The notes under the pieces were generated by a model. That model did no database searches, was not told where the DNA came from, and saw only the letters and a list, made by a program, of their open reading frames with translations. A DNA stretch of 64,000 nt from Spirochaetia bacterium (GTDB lineage: Bacteria > Spirochaetota > Spirochaetia > DSM-2461), in NCBI GenBank assembly GCA_963668315.1, contig OY764216.1, forward strand, positions 1,280,001 to 1,344,000, in the 5' to 3' direction. Positions 1-8,218 of the stretch are shown piece by piece; position 1 is the stretch's first letter, and each line of letters starts with the position of its first letter. Position numbers and translations under genes: made by a program.

Positions 1-1955
1 CGGGAATGATGGCGGCCGCCATGGTTAAGGGTATTCAGTCCAACGGGGTAGGGGCTACCATGAAGCATCTGGTCGCCAATAATTCCGAAACCAATAGAAT
101 GAGTATAGATACCATTTCCGATCCCCGAACCCTGCGGGAGATCTATCTGCGTAGTTTTCAGATAGCCCTGGAAGAATCCCGTCCCTGGGCTGTGATGTCT
201 TCCTATAACAAGGTTAACGGGATCTATACGAACCAGAGAAGGGATCTCCTGACAGATATCCTAAGAACGGAATGGGGATTTGACGGGCTCGTCGTATCCG
301 ACTGGTATGCGGGGAACGTATATAACGATCCCATGTCGGCGGTTCGTCAAATGGAAGCGGGAAATAATCTGATCATGCCCGGAGAGGTCATTTCCGTTCT
401 GGGGCGGGCTTTGAAAAATAACTCCCTCTCCGAAGAGGTTCTGGAAGAGAATGCCGTGAGGGTTTTAACACAGGCTCTGAAGACGCCGTCTTATCAGAAT
501 TACCCCTATTCCGATTCGCCCGATCTGGAAAGCCACGCTGCTCTTGCGCGAAGAGCGGGAGCGGAAGGTATGGTCCTTCTAAAGAATTCCAATTCTGCTC
601 TCCCCATAGCCCGTTCGGCTAAAGTCGCTTTTTACGGCAGCGCCCAGTTCGCCACTTATAAAGGGGGAACGGGAAGCGGTAATGTGTCCTCTTCCTATGT
701 CGTGAATATGGCGGACGGGATGAGATCCCGATTCAATATGAACACAGACCTTATGAAGTTCTACAAAGAGTATTATGAGACCAACAAAGTTGCGGTCAAA
801 GACAGCTTTGTTCCCGAACTTTTGTATCGGATAGGCGAGACACCGGTTTCCGGGAATCATGAGCTGGAAATCCTTCTGGCCGATTCTGCCGACAAAGACG
901 ATATGGCTTTGATCGGGATAAGCCGTTTTTCCGGAGAGTGGCAAGATCGTACGGATAAGCCGGGTGATTACCGCCTGACCGCAAGCGAGGAAGATATGAT
1001 TCTTCGTGTTTCCCGGGCATTTCATGATAAGGGAAAGAGAGTGGCGGTTATTCTCAATGTGGCCGGTGTTATTGATACGTCCCGATGGTCCGATGAAGTG
1101 GACGCGATCCTTCTGGCCTATATGGGCGGTCAGGAGACGGGGAACCAGATTGCCGATATTGTTTCCGGGGCCGTGAATCCGAGCGGCAAACTGGCTCAGA
1201 CATTTCCGCTTCGTTACGATGACGTTCCCAGTGCATCGACCTTCCCCGGAGTTGATTTTGATTACGATGGGAATCCGGATCGGATTGTCTATAACGAAGG
1301 GATCTATGTGGGATACCGGTACTATTCGACCTATGAAAAAGATGTGGCCTATCCCTTCGGATTCGGTTTGTCCTATACCACGTTTTCTTTCGATTCACCC
1401 CAAATCACAGAGCAAACTCTGATCGGAGAAGGGGGGACTCTTACCCTGTCCGTCTCCGTGAAAAATACCGGTTCTGTCCCGGGTAAAGAGGTGGCTCAGG
1501 TGTATGTCCGGGGATCATCGGGGCGTCTGGATAAACCTGTTGCCGAACTGAAAGCTTTTGCGAAAACAGATCTTCTGGAGCCCGGTCAGACCGAACTTCT
1601 TCGCTTTGATATTTCCACGGCCAAACTGGCTTCCTTTGATCCGGAACAGAACAGGTGGATACTTGAACCCGGAGAATACAGTGTCTATATTGCTCCTTCC
1701 TCTGATATCTCCGATACGGAACGCGTGACTTTTACTCTCCTGGAGGAAGTTGTTGTGGCAGAGACAACCGATTCCTTAAGCTTACCTGAAGGGACAGACG
1801 TATCGGATGTTATTACTATTCCCTTAATAAGCGAGGACACACACTTTTCGACGTCGGCCATGTCGGCGGTAGGTTCAAATCGGGCTACCACATTTCCTTT
1901 CCTGTCTACGACGAATTTGGTGAAGTTCCACTTGATTTCGGGATTATTCCTATAA
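1..1955 (+). CDS. Glycoside hydrolase family 3 beta-glucosidase (5'-partial)
   Basis: Motifs KHLVANNSE, LREIYL, VMSSYN, GLVVSDW (nucleophile Asp), YNEGIYVGYRY and an Fn3-like C-terminus (ELKAFAKT). Frame is open to the window edge; the last ~43 codons run antisense into gpx. Confidence 0.93.
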   Translation, partial: GMMAAAMVKGIQSNGVGATMKHLVANNSETNRMSIDTISDPRTLREIYLRSFQIALEESRPWAVMSSYNKVNGIYTNQRRDLLTDILRTEWGFDGLVVSDWYAGNVYNDPMSAVRQMEAGNNLIMPGEVISVLGRALKNNSLSEEVLEENAVRVLTQALKTPSYQNYPYSDSPDLESHAALARRAGAEGMVLLKNSNSALPIARSAKVAFYGSAQFATYKGGTGSGNVSSSYVVNMADGMRSRFNMNTDLMKFYKEYYETNKVAVKDSFVPELLYRIGETPVSGNHELEILLADSADKDDMALIGISRFSGEWQDRTDKPGDYRLTASEEDMILRVSRAFHDKGKRVAVILNVAGVIDTSRWSDEVDAILLAYMGGQETGNQIADIVSGAVNPSGKLAQTFPLRYDDVPSASTFPGVDFDYDGNPDRIVYNEGIYVGYRYYSTYEKDVAYPFGFGLSYTTFSFDSPQITEQTLIGEGGTLTLSVSVKNTGSVPGKEVAQVYVRGSSGRLDKPVAELKAFAKTDLLEPGQTELLRFDISTAKLASFDPEQNRWILEPGEYSVYIAPSSDISDTERVTFTLLEEVVVAETTDSLSLPEGTDVSDVITIPLISEDTHFSTSAMSAVGSNRATTFPFLSTTNLVKFHLISGLFL

Positions 1956-2365
1956 TCGGGATCTATTCCCTGTACGTGATTGTCCATGAATGCCGCGGTC
2001 TCTCCCTCGCCGAAGCCTTCGAAGCCTTTCTCGCTCTTAAGAAAATTGAACAGGGGGTGAGCCGTCTCCCCGTTTACATCGATTTTTTTCAACTGGGCGA
2101 AACGGGTTTTGTAATTAACCTGGCAGAACTGGTGAATCTCCTCATCGCTCCCCGGAGCCTGGCCGCCGAACTGATTACAGGGGAAGTCCAGTATTTCCAG
2201 ACCTTTATCATTATAAGATTCGTAGAGCTTTTCAAGGGCTTCATACTGGGGGGTGAAACCGCAGCCAGTGGCTGTGTTCACAATGAGAAGGACTTTGCCT
2301 CTGTGAGAATCCAGGGAGAACTCCTCTCCATTTCCCTGTTTTGCCGTATAATCGTATATACTCAT
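1685..2365 (-). CDS. gpx: Glutathione peroxidase-like protein (Cys-type, BtuE/Gpx family)
   Basis: VNTATGCGFTPQY, FPCNQFG and IKWNFTKF motifs. ATG 2365 follows an AAGGAGA RBS. Homology ends near 1826 but the ORF continues to 1685. Confidence 0.93.
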   Translation of the reverse strand: MSIYDYTAKQGNGEEFSLDSHRGKVLLIVNTATGCGFTPQYEALEKLYESYNDKGLEILDFPCNQFGGQAPGSDEEIHQFCQVNYKTRFAQLKKIDVNGETAHPLFNFLKSEKGFEGFGEGETAAFMDNHVQGIDPDYRNNPEIKWNFTKFVVDRKGNVVARFEPTADMADVEKCVSSLIKGIVITSDTSVPSGKLKESVVSATTTSSRRVKVTRSVSEISEEGAI

Positions 2366-2391
2366 CTGTGTCTCCTTAGCTTTATCGGATA

Positions 2392-2436
2392 ATATATCGC
2401 ACGCGATATATAGAGAGATAATATCGCGTGCGATAA
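2392..2436. promoter_or_regulatory. Two palindromic operators (TATCGC-N-CGCGATA type), probably MarR/OhrR-family sites
   Basis: ATATATCGCACGCGATATAT at 2392-2411 and the inverted copy ATATCGCGTGCGATAA at 2421-2436 overlap the gpx promoter. Confidence 0.7.
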
Positions 2437-2446
2437 AAAAGGTCAA
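2418..2446 (-). promoter_or_regulatory. Sigma70-type promoter of gpx
   Basis: Minus strand TTGACC (2446-2441), 17 bp spacer, TATTAT (2423-2418). Confidence 0.75.
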
Positions 2447-2460
2447 CCCTACAGGACGTG

Positions 2461-2889
2461 CTATGAATGGAATACCCGGTTACGTCCGTTTCTCTTCGCC
2501 TCGTAGAGTGCTTCATCCGATCGCTTCAGCAAATCTTCCACCGTCTCCCCTTCTTCCTGTTGGGTAACTCCCAGGCTGATTGTTATCTTTAGGGTGATCT
2601 TATCATAGGTGATGGCCATTTCTTCGATCTCTTCACGAATACGTTCGGCAACCGATAGAGCGGGGACAAGGAGCGTTTCGGGCAGGATGACGGCAAACTC
2701 CTCCCCGCCCAGTCGAGCGAAAATATCTATGCTTCGCAGAGCCGTTCTCACTTCCTGGGCCAAAGACTTGAGTACCCTGTCTCCTGCATCATGTCCGTAG
2801 GTATCGTTTATCCTTTTAAAATGATCTATATCAAACATGATGCAGCTGACCGGATGTCCGATTCTCCGGAGGCGGTTTTCTCTGACTTT
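2461..2889 (-). pseudogene. 5'-truncated GGDEF diguanylate cyclase fragment
   Basis: GHPVSCIMFDIDHFKRINDTYGHDAGD...RSID..ARLGGEEF...DEALYEAKRNGRN. In-frame TAA at 2892-2890; no DxLT domain start or sensor domain, and no RBS before ATG 2838. Confidence 0.7.
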
Positions 2890-2960
2890 TTATTATTACA
2901 GGAGGGCCTAATTCAGAAGGAGGCTCAAAATCGTAATCGTCATGCTTCCATGCATTCGTT

Positions 2961-3001
2961 CTGTAGGAATCGTCCTACAGGAATTGACGTTATGATCCTA
3001 C
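2961..3001 (+). promoter_or_regulatory. Response-regulator site upstream of citC: GTAGGA-N4-TCCTAC plus a TCCTAC half-site
   Basis: Palindrome CTGTAGGA-ATCG-TCCTACAG at 2961-2980; TCCTAC at 2973 and 2996 (23 bp apart); same layout recurs upstream of tctC. Confidence 0.75.
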
Positions 3002-3035
3002 TTACAGATAGGCAAACGAGCGCGAAAATATTTTC

Positions 3036-4082
3036 ATGTTTGCTGAGCAATACGATGTAAGAACATTGAATTTAGGAAGAGATGCAGAACGAGAGAGACT
3101 GAGGAAATTTCTTGAGAATGAGGGTTTGTCTCTGGATGCCGATCTTGACTATGTGGTTTGTCTCTTTGATGACGATAAAATCATCGCTTCCGGTTGCGCT
3201 TCGTCCAATGTGTTGAAGTGTATTGCCGTAAACAAAGAGTATCAGGGGCAGGCTCTAACCAATCGTATCATGTCTCTCTTAAGACTGAGAGCTTTTCACG
3301 AGGGCTATTCCTCTCTCTTTCTCTTTACCAAAAGCGAGAACGAGACTGTCTTCCGGGAGCTGGGGTTCTTTCTCCTTGCCCGGGCTCCCGGGGTTATTCT
3401 TATGGAGGATCGTGAAGACGGCTGGCGGCGCTACCTCGACAGCCTTGATATTCCCGAAGCCGGCAGAGGCGAATCGGCTTCCCTTGTCATGAACTGTAAT
3501 CCCTTTACTCTGGGACACCGGTATCTTATTGAAAAAGCCTGTCGGGAAAATGAGAGGGTCCATCTGTTTCTTGTGAAAGAGAACCTGTCTGTTTTCCCCT
3601 ATGACGTTCGTCTGCAGCTGGTCAGGGAAGGAACGGCGGACCTGGATAATCTGTATATCCATGAAGGCCGCGATTATATCATCTCTCACGCAACCTTTCC
3701 CACTTACTTCATTAAAGATAAAAAAATCATTAACGAAAGCCATGCCAGGATCGATCTGGACATTTTCTCCCGGCTTATTGCTCCGGAACTGAAGATCGTT
3801 AAGCGTTATGTGGGTGAGGAACCCTTTTGTCCGGTCACATCCCTCTACAACGGCATCATGGCGGAGATACTTCCCGAAAGGGGCATAGTACTAGTCGTAG
3901 TTCCCAGAAAGGAAACCGCCGACGGAGCGGTCAGCGCCACGAAGGTAAGACAGGCTCTTGCCGAGGAGAACTGGGACATTTTGAAAGAGTGGGTCACTCC
4001 CTCTACACTCCGGTTTTTACAATCGGAACAGGGGAGAAATATTGGAAATAAGATCAGAAAGCATCAGGAGGAATCGGAATGA
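3036..4082 (+). CDS. citC: [Citrate (pro-3S)-lyase] ligase
   Basis: N-terminal GNAT domain; VMNCNPFTLGHRYLIE, YIISHATFPTYF and RYVGEEPFC motifs; operon context. Confidence 0.97.
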   Translation: MFAEQYDVRTLNLGRDAERERLRKFLENEGLSLDADLDYVVCLFDDDKIIASGCASSNVLKCIAVNKEYQGQALTNRIMSLLRLRAFHEGYSSLFLFTKSENETVFRELGFFLLARAPGVILMEDREDGWRRYLDSLDIPEAGRGESASLVMNCNPFTLGHRYLIEKACRENERVHLFLVKENLSVFPYDVRLQLVREGTADLDNLYIHEGRDYIISHATFPTYFIKDKKIINESHARIDLDIFSRLIAPELKIVKRYVGEEPFCPVTSLYNGIMAEILPERGIVLVVVPRKETADGAVSATKVRQALAEENWDILKEWVTPSTLRFLQSEQGRNIGNKIRKHQEESE

Positions 4083-4375
4083 AAATTGTGAAAACCGGTA
4101 TGGCCGGATCGCTGGAATCCAGCGATGTTCTGATAACAGTTGACAGTAATGCCGGAAAGGGCCGGGAGATCGGTTTGAACAGCATTGTCCAGAGACAGTA
4201 CGGAAAGCAGATACTGAAGGTTGTCGATGAAACGTTGGATCTCTTGTCGGTGGACGACATCAAAATCAAAGTAGAGGATAAGGGAGCTCTGGACTGTACG
4301 ATCAGGGCTCGCCTGGAAGCTGCCGTCTACAGAGCGGCGGGAAGCGAGACATATCCCTGGGAGAAATTAGTATGA
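4079..4375 (+). CDS. citD: Citrate lyase acyl carrier protein (gamma subunit)
   Basis: AGSLESSD prosthetic-group serine motif and DKGALDC. Confidence 0.97.
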   Translation: MKIVKTGMAGSLESSDVLITVDSNAGKGREIGLNSIVQRQYGKQILKVVDETLDLLSVDDIKIKVEDKGALDCTIRARLEAAVYRAAGSETYPWEKLV

Positions 4376-5274
4376 AGTTACGCAGAACCATGCTTTACGT
4401 GCCCGGCAATAATGCGGGTATGATGAAGGATGCCCATATTTATCGCTCCGATTCGGTCATGTTTGATCTGGAGGATTCCGTTTCGCTTAATGAAAAAGAT
4501 ACGGCTCGTTTTCTTGTTTTTAATGCCTTGAGTACACTGGATTATGAAGGAATTGAAACTGTTGTCCGCATAAACGGTCTGGATACGCCATTTGGACGTG
4601 AGGATCTCCGTGCCATGGTTAAAGCCAGGCCCGATGTCATCCGGCTTCCGAAGACAGAGACAGCCCAGGATGTGATTGATGTGGAGAAGATTCTGGAGAA
4701 GGAAGAAAAAGCCAACGGTATGGAAGTGGGTACCATAAAGATGATGGCAGCCATTGAAGGTCCCCTGGGTGTTTTGAATGCCTATGAAATAGCCATGGCT
4801 TCGAAAAGGCTGATTGGTATAGCACTGGGGGCGGAGGATTATGTCACAAGCATGAAAACGAAACGTTCCCCCGGCGGAATCGAACTTTTGTTCGCCCGCT
4901 CTCAGATTCTGGTAGCGGCCAGAGCCGCAGGGATCTACGCTATCGATACGGTCTATTCCGATGTTAATAACGATGAGGGATTTCTTGAGGAGGTCAAGTT
5001 GATCAAGCAGCTTGGTTTCGATGGAAAGTCTGTCATAACCCCCCGGCAGATCCAGCCGGTTCATCAGGTATATTGTCCCAGCGACAAGGAAATCGACCAT
5101 TCTATCCGGGTGATTCAGGCCATCAAGGAAGCGGAAAAGAAGAATTCCGGCGTCATCTCACTGAACGGAAAAATGGTCGACAAACCTATTGTAGACAGAG
5201 CCCGCCGCGTACTGGAGATGGCGAAGGCGTCCGGTATCCGCATTAATGAACTGGAGGAATACTGCCATGAGTAA
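4372..5274 (+). CDS. citE: Citrate lyase beta subunit (citryl-ACP lyase)
   Basis: RRTMLYVPG, FDLEDSV, VVRING, GAEDY and GFDGK motifs. Confidence 0.97.
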   Translation: MKLRRTMLYVPGNNAGMMKDAHIYRSDSVMFDLEDSVSLNEKDTARFLVFNALSTLDYEGIETVVRINGLDTPFGREDLRAMVKARPDVIRLPKTETAQDVIDVEKILEKEEKANGMEVGTIKMMAAIEGPLGVLNAYEIAMASKRLIGIALGAEDYVTSMKTKRSPGGIELLFARSQILVAARAAGIYAIDTVYSDVNNDEGFLEEVKLIKQLGFDGKSVITPRQIQPVHQVYCPSDKEIDHSIRVIQAIKEAEKKNSGVISLNGKMVDKPIVDRARRVLEMAKASGIRINELEEYCHE

Positions 5275-6811
5275 AAATGCAATCGGAAGGGAGATCCCCG
5301 AAGAACTGAATGGAATGATATTGTCTCCCTTTGAGGGAGCGGTGAGCAGAACACCGTTGGTCCGCCAGGATAAGGGGAACAGAACCCTGCCCCGCCTTAA
5401 CAAGATGGTGGATACCATTGAGCAGGCCGTACTGAAATCCGGCTTGACCGACGAGATGACCATCTCCTTCCATCACCATTTCAGGGCGGGGGACTATGTC
5501 CTGAATATGGTCATGGATGTGATCTCTAATCTGGGGATTAAGGATCTGACGATTGCCTCCAGTTCGCTCTCATCCGTTCATGATGAACTTATCAGGCATA
5601 TTGAAAAAGGAACGGTGAAGAGGCTGATAACCAGCGGCCTCAGGGGGAAGCTCGCCGAGTTCGTATCGGCGGGAAAGATGGATGTTCCCGTCCTTTTCCA
5701 CAGTCACGGAGGCCGGGCCAGAGCCATAGAAGTGGGGGATATCAAGATCGACGTAGCCTTTCTGGGGGTCCCCTCCTGCGATGTTTACGGTAATGCCAAC
5801 GGTTATACCGGACCTTCGGCCTGCGGCTCTCTCGGTTATGCCATGGTGGATGCGAAACATGCCCATAAAGTCGTGCTCATTACCGATTTTATTACCGATT
5901 ATCCCAATACGCCCTTCAGCATTGATCAGGATCTGGTGGACTATATTGTCAAAGTGGATGCCGTGGGAGATCCCGAAAAAATCAGTACGGGCGCCACAAG
6001 AATCACCAAGAATCCCAAAGATCTGCTTATTGCGCAAAATGCGGCGGATTTTATAGCGGGAAGTCCCTATTTCGAGGATGGTTTTTCCATTCAGACAGGT
6101 TCGGGCGGCGCTTCTCTGGCTACTACGCGGTTTTTGACGGAGTATATGGAGAAGAAAGGAGTCACCTGCAGCTGGGCTCTGGGCGGGATTACCAGTCAGA
6201 TGGTCAAGATGCATGAAGCGGGACTGATCAAAAAACTGCTTGATGTCCAGAGTTTTGATCAGGACGCGATTGTCTCGATCGGCAGTAATCGGCTTCATAC
6301 GGAAATTGATGCGTCCTACTACGCCAATCCTCTGAATAAGGGTTGTGCCGTCAATAAGCTTAATGTTGTTATTCTGAGCGCTCTGGAAATTGATCTCGAT
6401 TTCAATGTTAATGTTCTCACCGGATCGGACGGGGTTATCATGGGAGCTTCGGGAGGTCATTCGGATACGGCTATAGGCTCGGGACTTTCCGTTGTCGTGG
6501 CTCCGCTTATCCGGGGAAGAACATCCACCGTAACCGAGAAAGTGCTTACGGTTATTACTCCCGGAGAGAGTGTTGACGTATTCGTTTCTGACCGGGGCAT
6601 AGCCATTAACCCGCGGAGAAAGGATCTGATAGAGCATTTCAAGAATGTCCGGCTTCCTTTCCATACGATGGGAGAGCTTCTGGACAAGGCGGAGCGGCTG
6701 GTGGGAAAACCGGAACCGATTGAATTCACCGACCGCATCGTCGGCCTGGTGGAGTACAGGGACGGAACCATTATCGATACGATCCGCCAGGTTAAAGGAC
6801 TGGAGTGCTAG
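5267..6811 (+). CDS. citF: Citrate lyase alpha subunit (citrate-ACP transferase)
   Basis: TISFHHHFRAGD, HSHGGRARAIE, QTGSGGASLA and GASGGHSD motifs; ATG 5267 follows GGAGG. Confidence 0.97.
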   Translation: MSKNAIGREIPEELNGMILSPFEGAVSRTPLVRQDKGNRTLPRLNKMVDTIEQAVLKSGLTDEMTISFHHHFRAGDYVLNMVMDVISNLGIKDLTIASSSLSSVHDELIRHIEKGTVKRLITSGLRGKLAEFVSAGKMDVPVLFHSHGGRARAIEVGDIKIDVAFLGVPSCDVYGNANGYTGPSACGSLGYAMVDAKHAHKVVLITDFITDYPNTPFSIDQDLVDYIVKVDAVGDPEKISTGATRITKNPKDLLIAQNAADFIAGSPYFEDGFSIQTGSGGASLATTRFLTEYMEKKGVTCSWALGGITSQMVKMHEAGLIKKLLDVQSFDQDAIVSIGSNRLHTEIDASYYANPLNKGCAVNKLNVVILSALEIDLDFNVNVLTGSDGVIMGASGGHSDTAIGSGLSVVVAPLIRGRTSTVTEKVLTVITPGESVDVFVSDRGIAINPRRKDLIEHFKNVRLPFHTMGELLDKAERLVGKPEPIEFTDRIVGLVEYRDGTIIDTIRQVKGLEC

Positions 6812-7665
6812 AAATGGCGGTTTGCACCTCTCCCCGTGAAATCTGTCTGGCCGGTGCGCCGGCTTCCGACGCCATGCGGGAAGAGGTCCGCCTCAGCCCC
6901 AAGCCGGGGCTTGTGGATTCCCTGGACAACGGGGCCCATCAGGATATGGATCTATCCCTTTTCCTTAGAAGCGCCGATGCCCTGGAATCCTATTTCAGAG
7001 AGATCACCGAAGCGGCGCCCTGCGGGGATGTCTCGTCGGTATTGCCCCGTCTCCGCCCCCTGGGGATTCGGGCGGAAAAACTGATGTTTGACGCCACGGG
7101 GGGAGTGAACACTCATAAGGGACAGATCTTTTCCCTGGGCGTCTGTACGGCGGCGGCTGTCAGGGTTGATGCCGCCGGGGAGATCCTTTCCGAAGCGGGC
7201 CGGATATGCCGGGGCTTGAAGGCGGAACTGATTCCGGCACGAACAGAAAGCCGGGTGCTGACGAACGGAGAAAAAACGTTCCGGGAAACGGGTACTACCG
7301 GTATTCGGGGCGAGGCGGAAGAGGGGTTTCCTTCGGTCGGCCTCTTCGCCCTTCCCGCTTTCAGAAAGGTTATCCGCGAAGGCGGATCAAGGGATGAGGC
7401 GGCTCTTGAGGCTCTTGTCACACTCATGTCCGTTGTGACGGACAGCAATGTCCTTCACCGGCGGGGCTGGGAAGGTCTGGCCCTTATGAGGTCGGAAGCG
7501 GAGAATTTCCTTTGTTCCGGAGGTATGGGGCAGAAGAACGCGAGGGGGAAACTGAAGGTTATGAATGAAATTTTCATCCGGGAGAATATCTCCCCCGGCG
7601 GATGTGCCGATCTTCTGGCGCTGACCCTTTTCATTAGCAGGATGGAGGGGGCTTTTCGTGGATGA
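6805..7665 (+). CDS. citG: Triphosphoribosyl-dephospho-CoA synthase
   Basis: PKPGLVD, GAHQDM, GVNTHKG, GIRGEA and SPGGCADLL motifs. Start is GTG 6805 or ATG 6814. Confidence 0.95.
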   Translation: MLEMAVCTSPREICLAGAPASDAMREEVRLSPKPGLVDSLDNGAHQDMDLSLFLRSADALESYFREITEAAPCGDVSSVLPRLRPLGIRAEKLMFDATGGVNTHKGQIFSLGVCTAAAVRVDAAGEILSEAGRICRGLKAELIPARTESRVLTNGEKTFRETGTTGIRGEAEEGFPSVGLFALPAFRKVIREGGSRDEAALEALVTLMSVVTDSNVLHRRGWEGLALMRSEAENFLCSGGMGQKNARGKLKVMNEIFIRENISPGGCADLLALTLFISRMEGAFRG

Positions 7666-8188
7666 GCCGGTCTCTCTTGAGAGTATGCTCGCTGCCCGGG
7701 AGAGGAGAGCCGCCTTACGGCGGGAGTTTTTCCGCGGACGGGAAGAAAAGACCTGTCTTCTGCAGATTTCTGTGAATATCCCGGGGCCCGAGAAAAACAG
7801 CCCCATGATCAGGGATATTTTTGATGCCTCTGTTGCGGCGGTTCGGCAAGAGTTTCCCCGGGGAAAAATTCTTCCTTTCTCTTCCCGCCGCCTGAATACG
7901 GGACCGGAAGCCTGGCTGGCGATTCCTGTGCCGGCCTATGACGTGAAAGAGAAAACCGGTGTTCTGGAGGAGAATCATCCCTGGGGACGTCTCTGGGATA
8001 TCGATGTTTTTATCGACCCGGATCATAGTATCTCCCGCCGTGAAGCGGGACTGGGGGAAAGGTCCTGTTTCCTCTGCAATCGGCCCGCCCATGAATGCGC
8101 CCGTTCCAGAGCACATGACAAGGATGAATTGAAGGCGTTCATAGGGGAACTCTATGAGAAGAACCGAATCCTTCTTACTTCCCTCTGA
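7658..8188 (+). CDS. citX: Holo-ACP synthase (apo-citrate lyase phosphoribosyl-dephospho-CoA transferase)
   Basis: MLAARERRA, NIPGPEK, GRLWDIDV and C-x2-C...CARSRAH motifs. Confidence 0.95.
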   Translation: MDEPVSLESMLAARERRAALRREFFRGREEKTCLLQISVNIPGPEKNSPMIRDIFDASVAAVRQEFPRGKILPFSSRRLNTGPEAWLAIPVPAYDVKEKTGVLEENHPWGRLWDIDVFIDPDHSISRREAGLGERSCFLCNRPAHECARSRAHDKDELKAFIGELYEKNRILLTSL

Positions 8189-8218
8189 AAGGGATAGGAG
8201 ATATAGTATACTTAACTA

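Noticed and set aside
2260..2270. Selenocysteine in glutathione peroxidase
   Set aside because: The active-site codon is Cys (TGC), not TGA.
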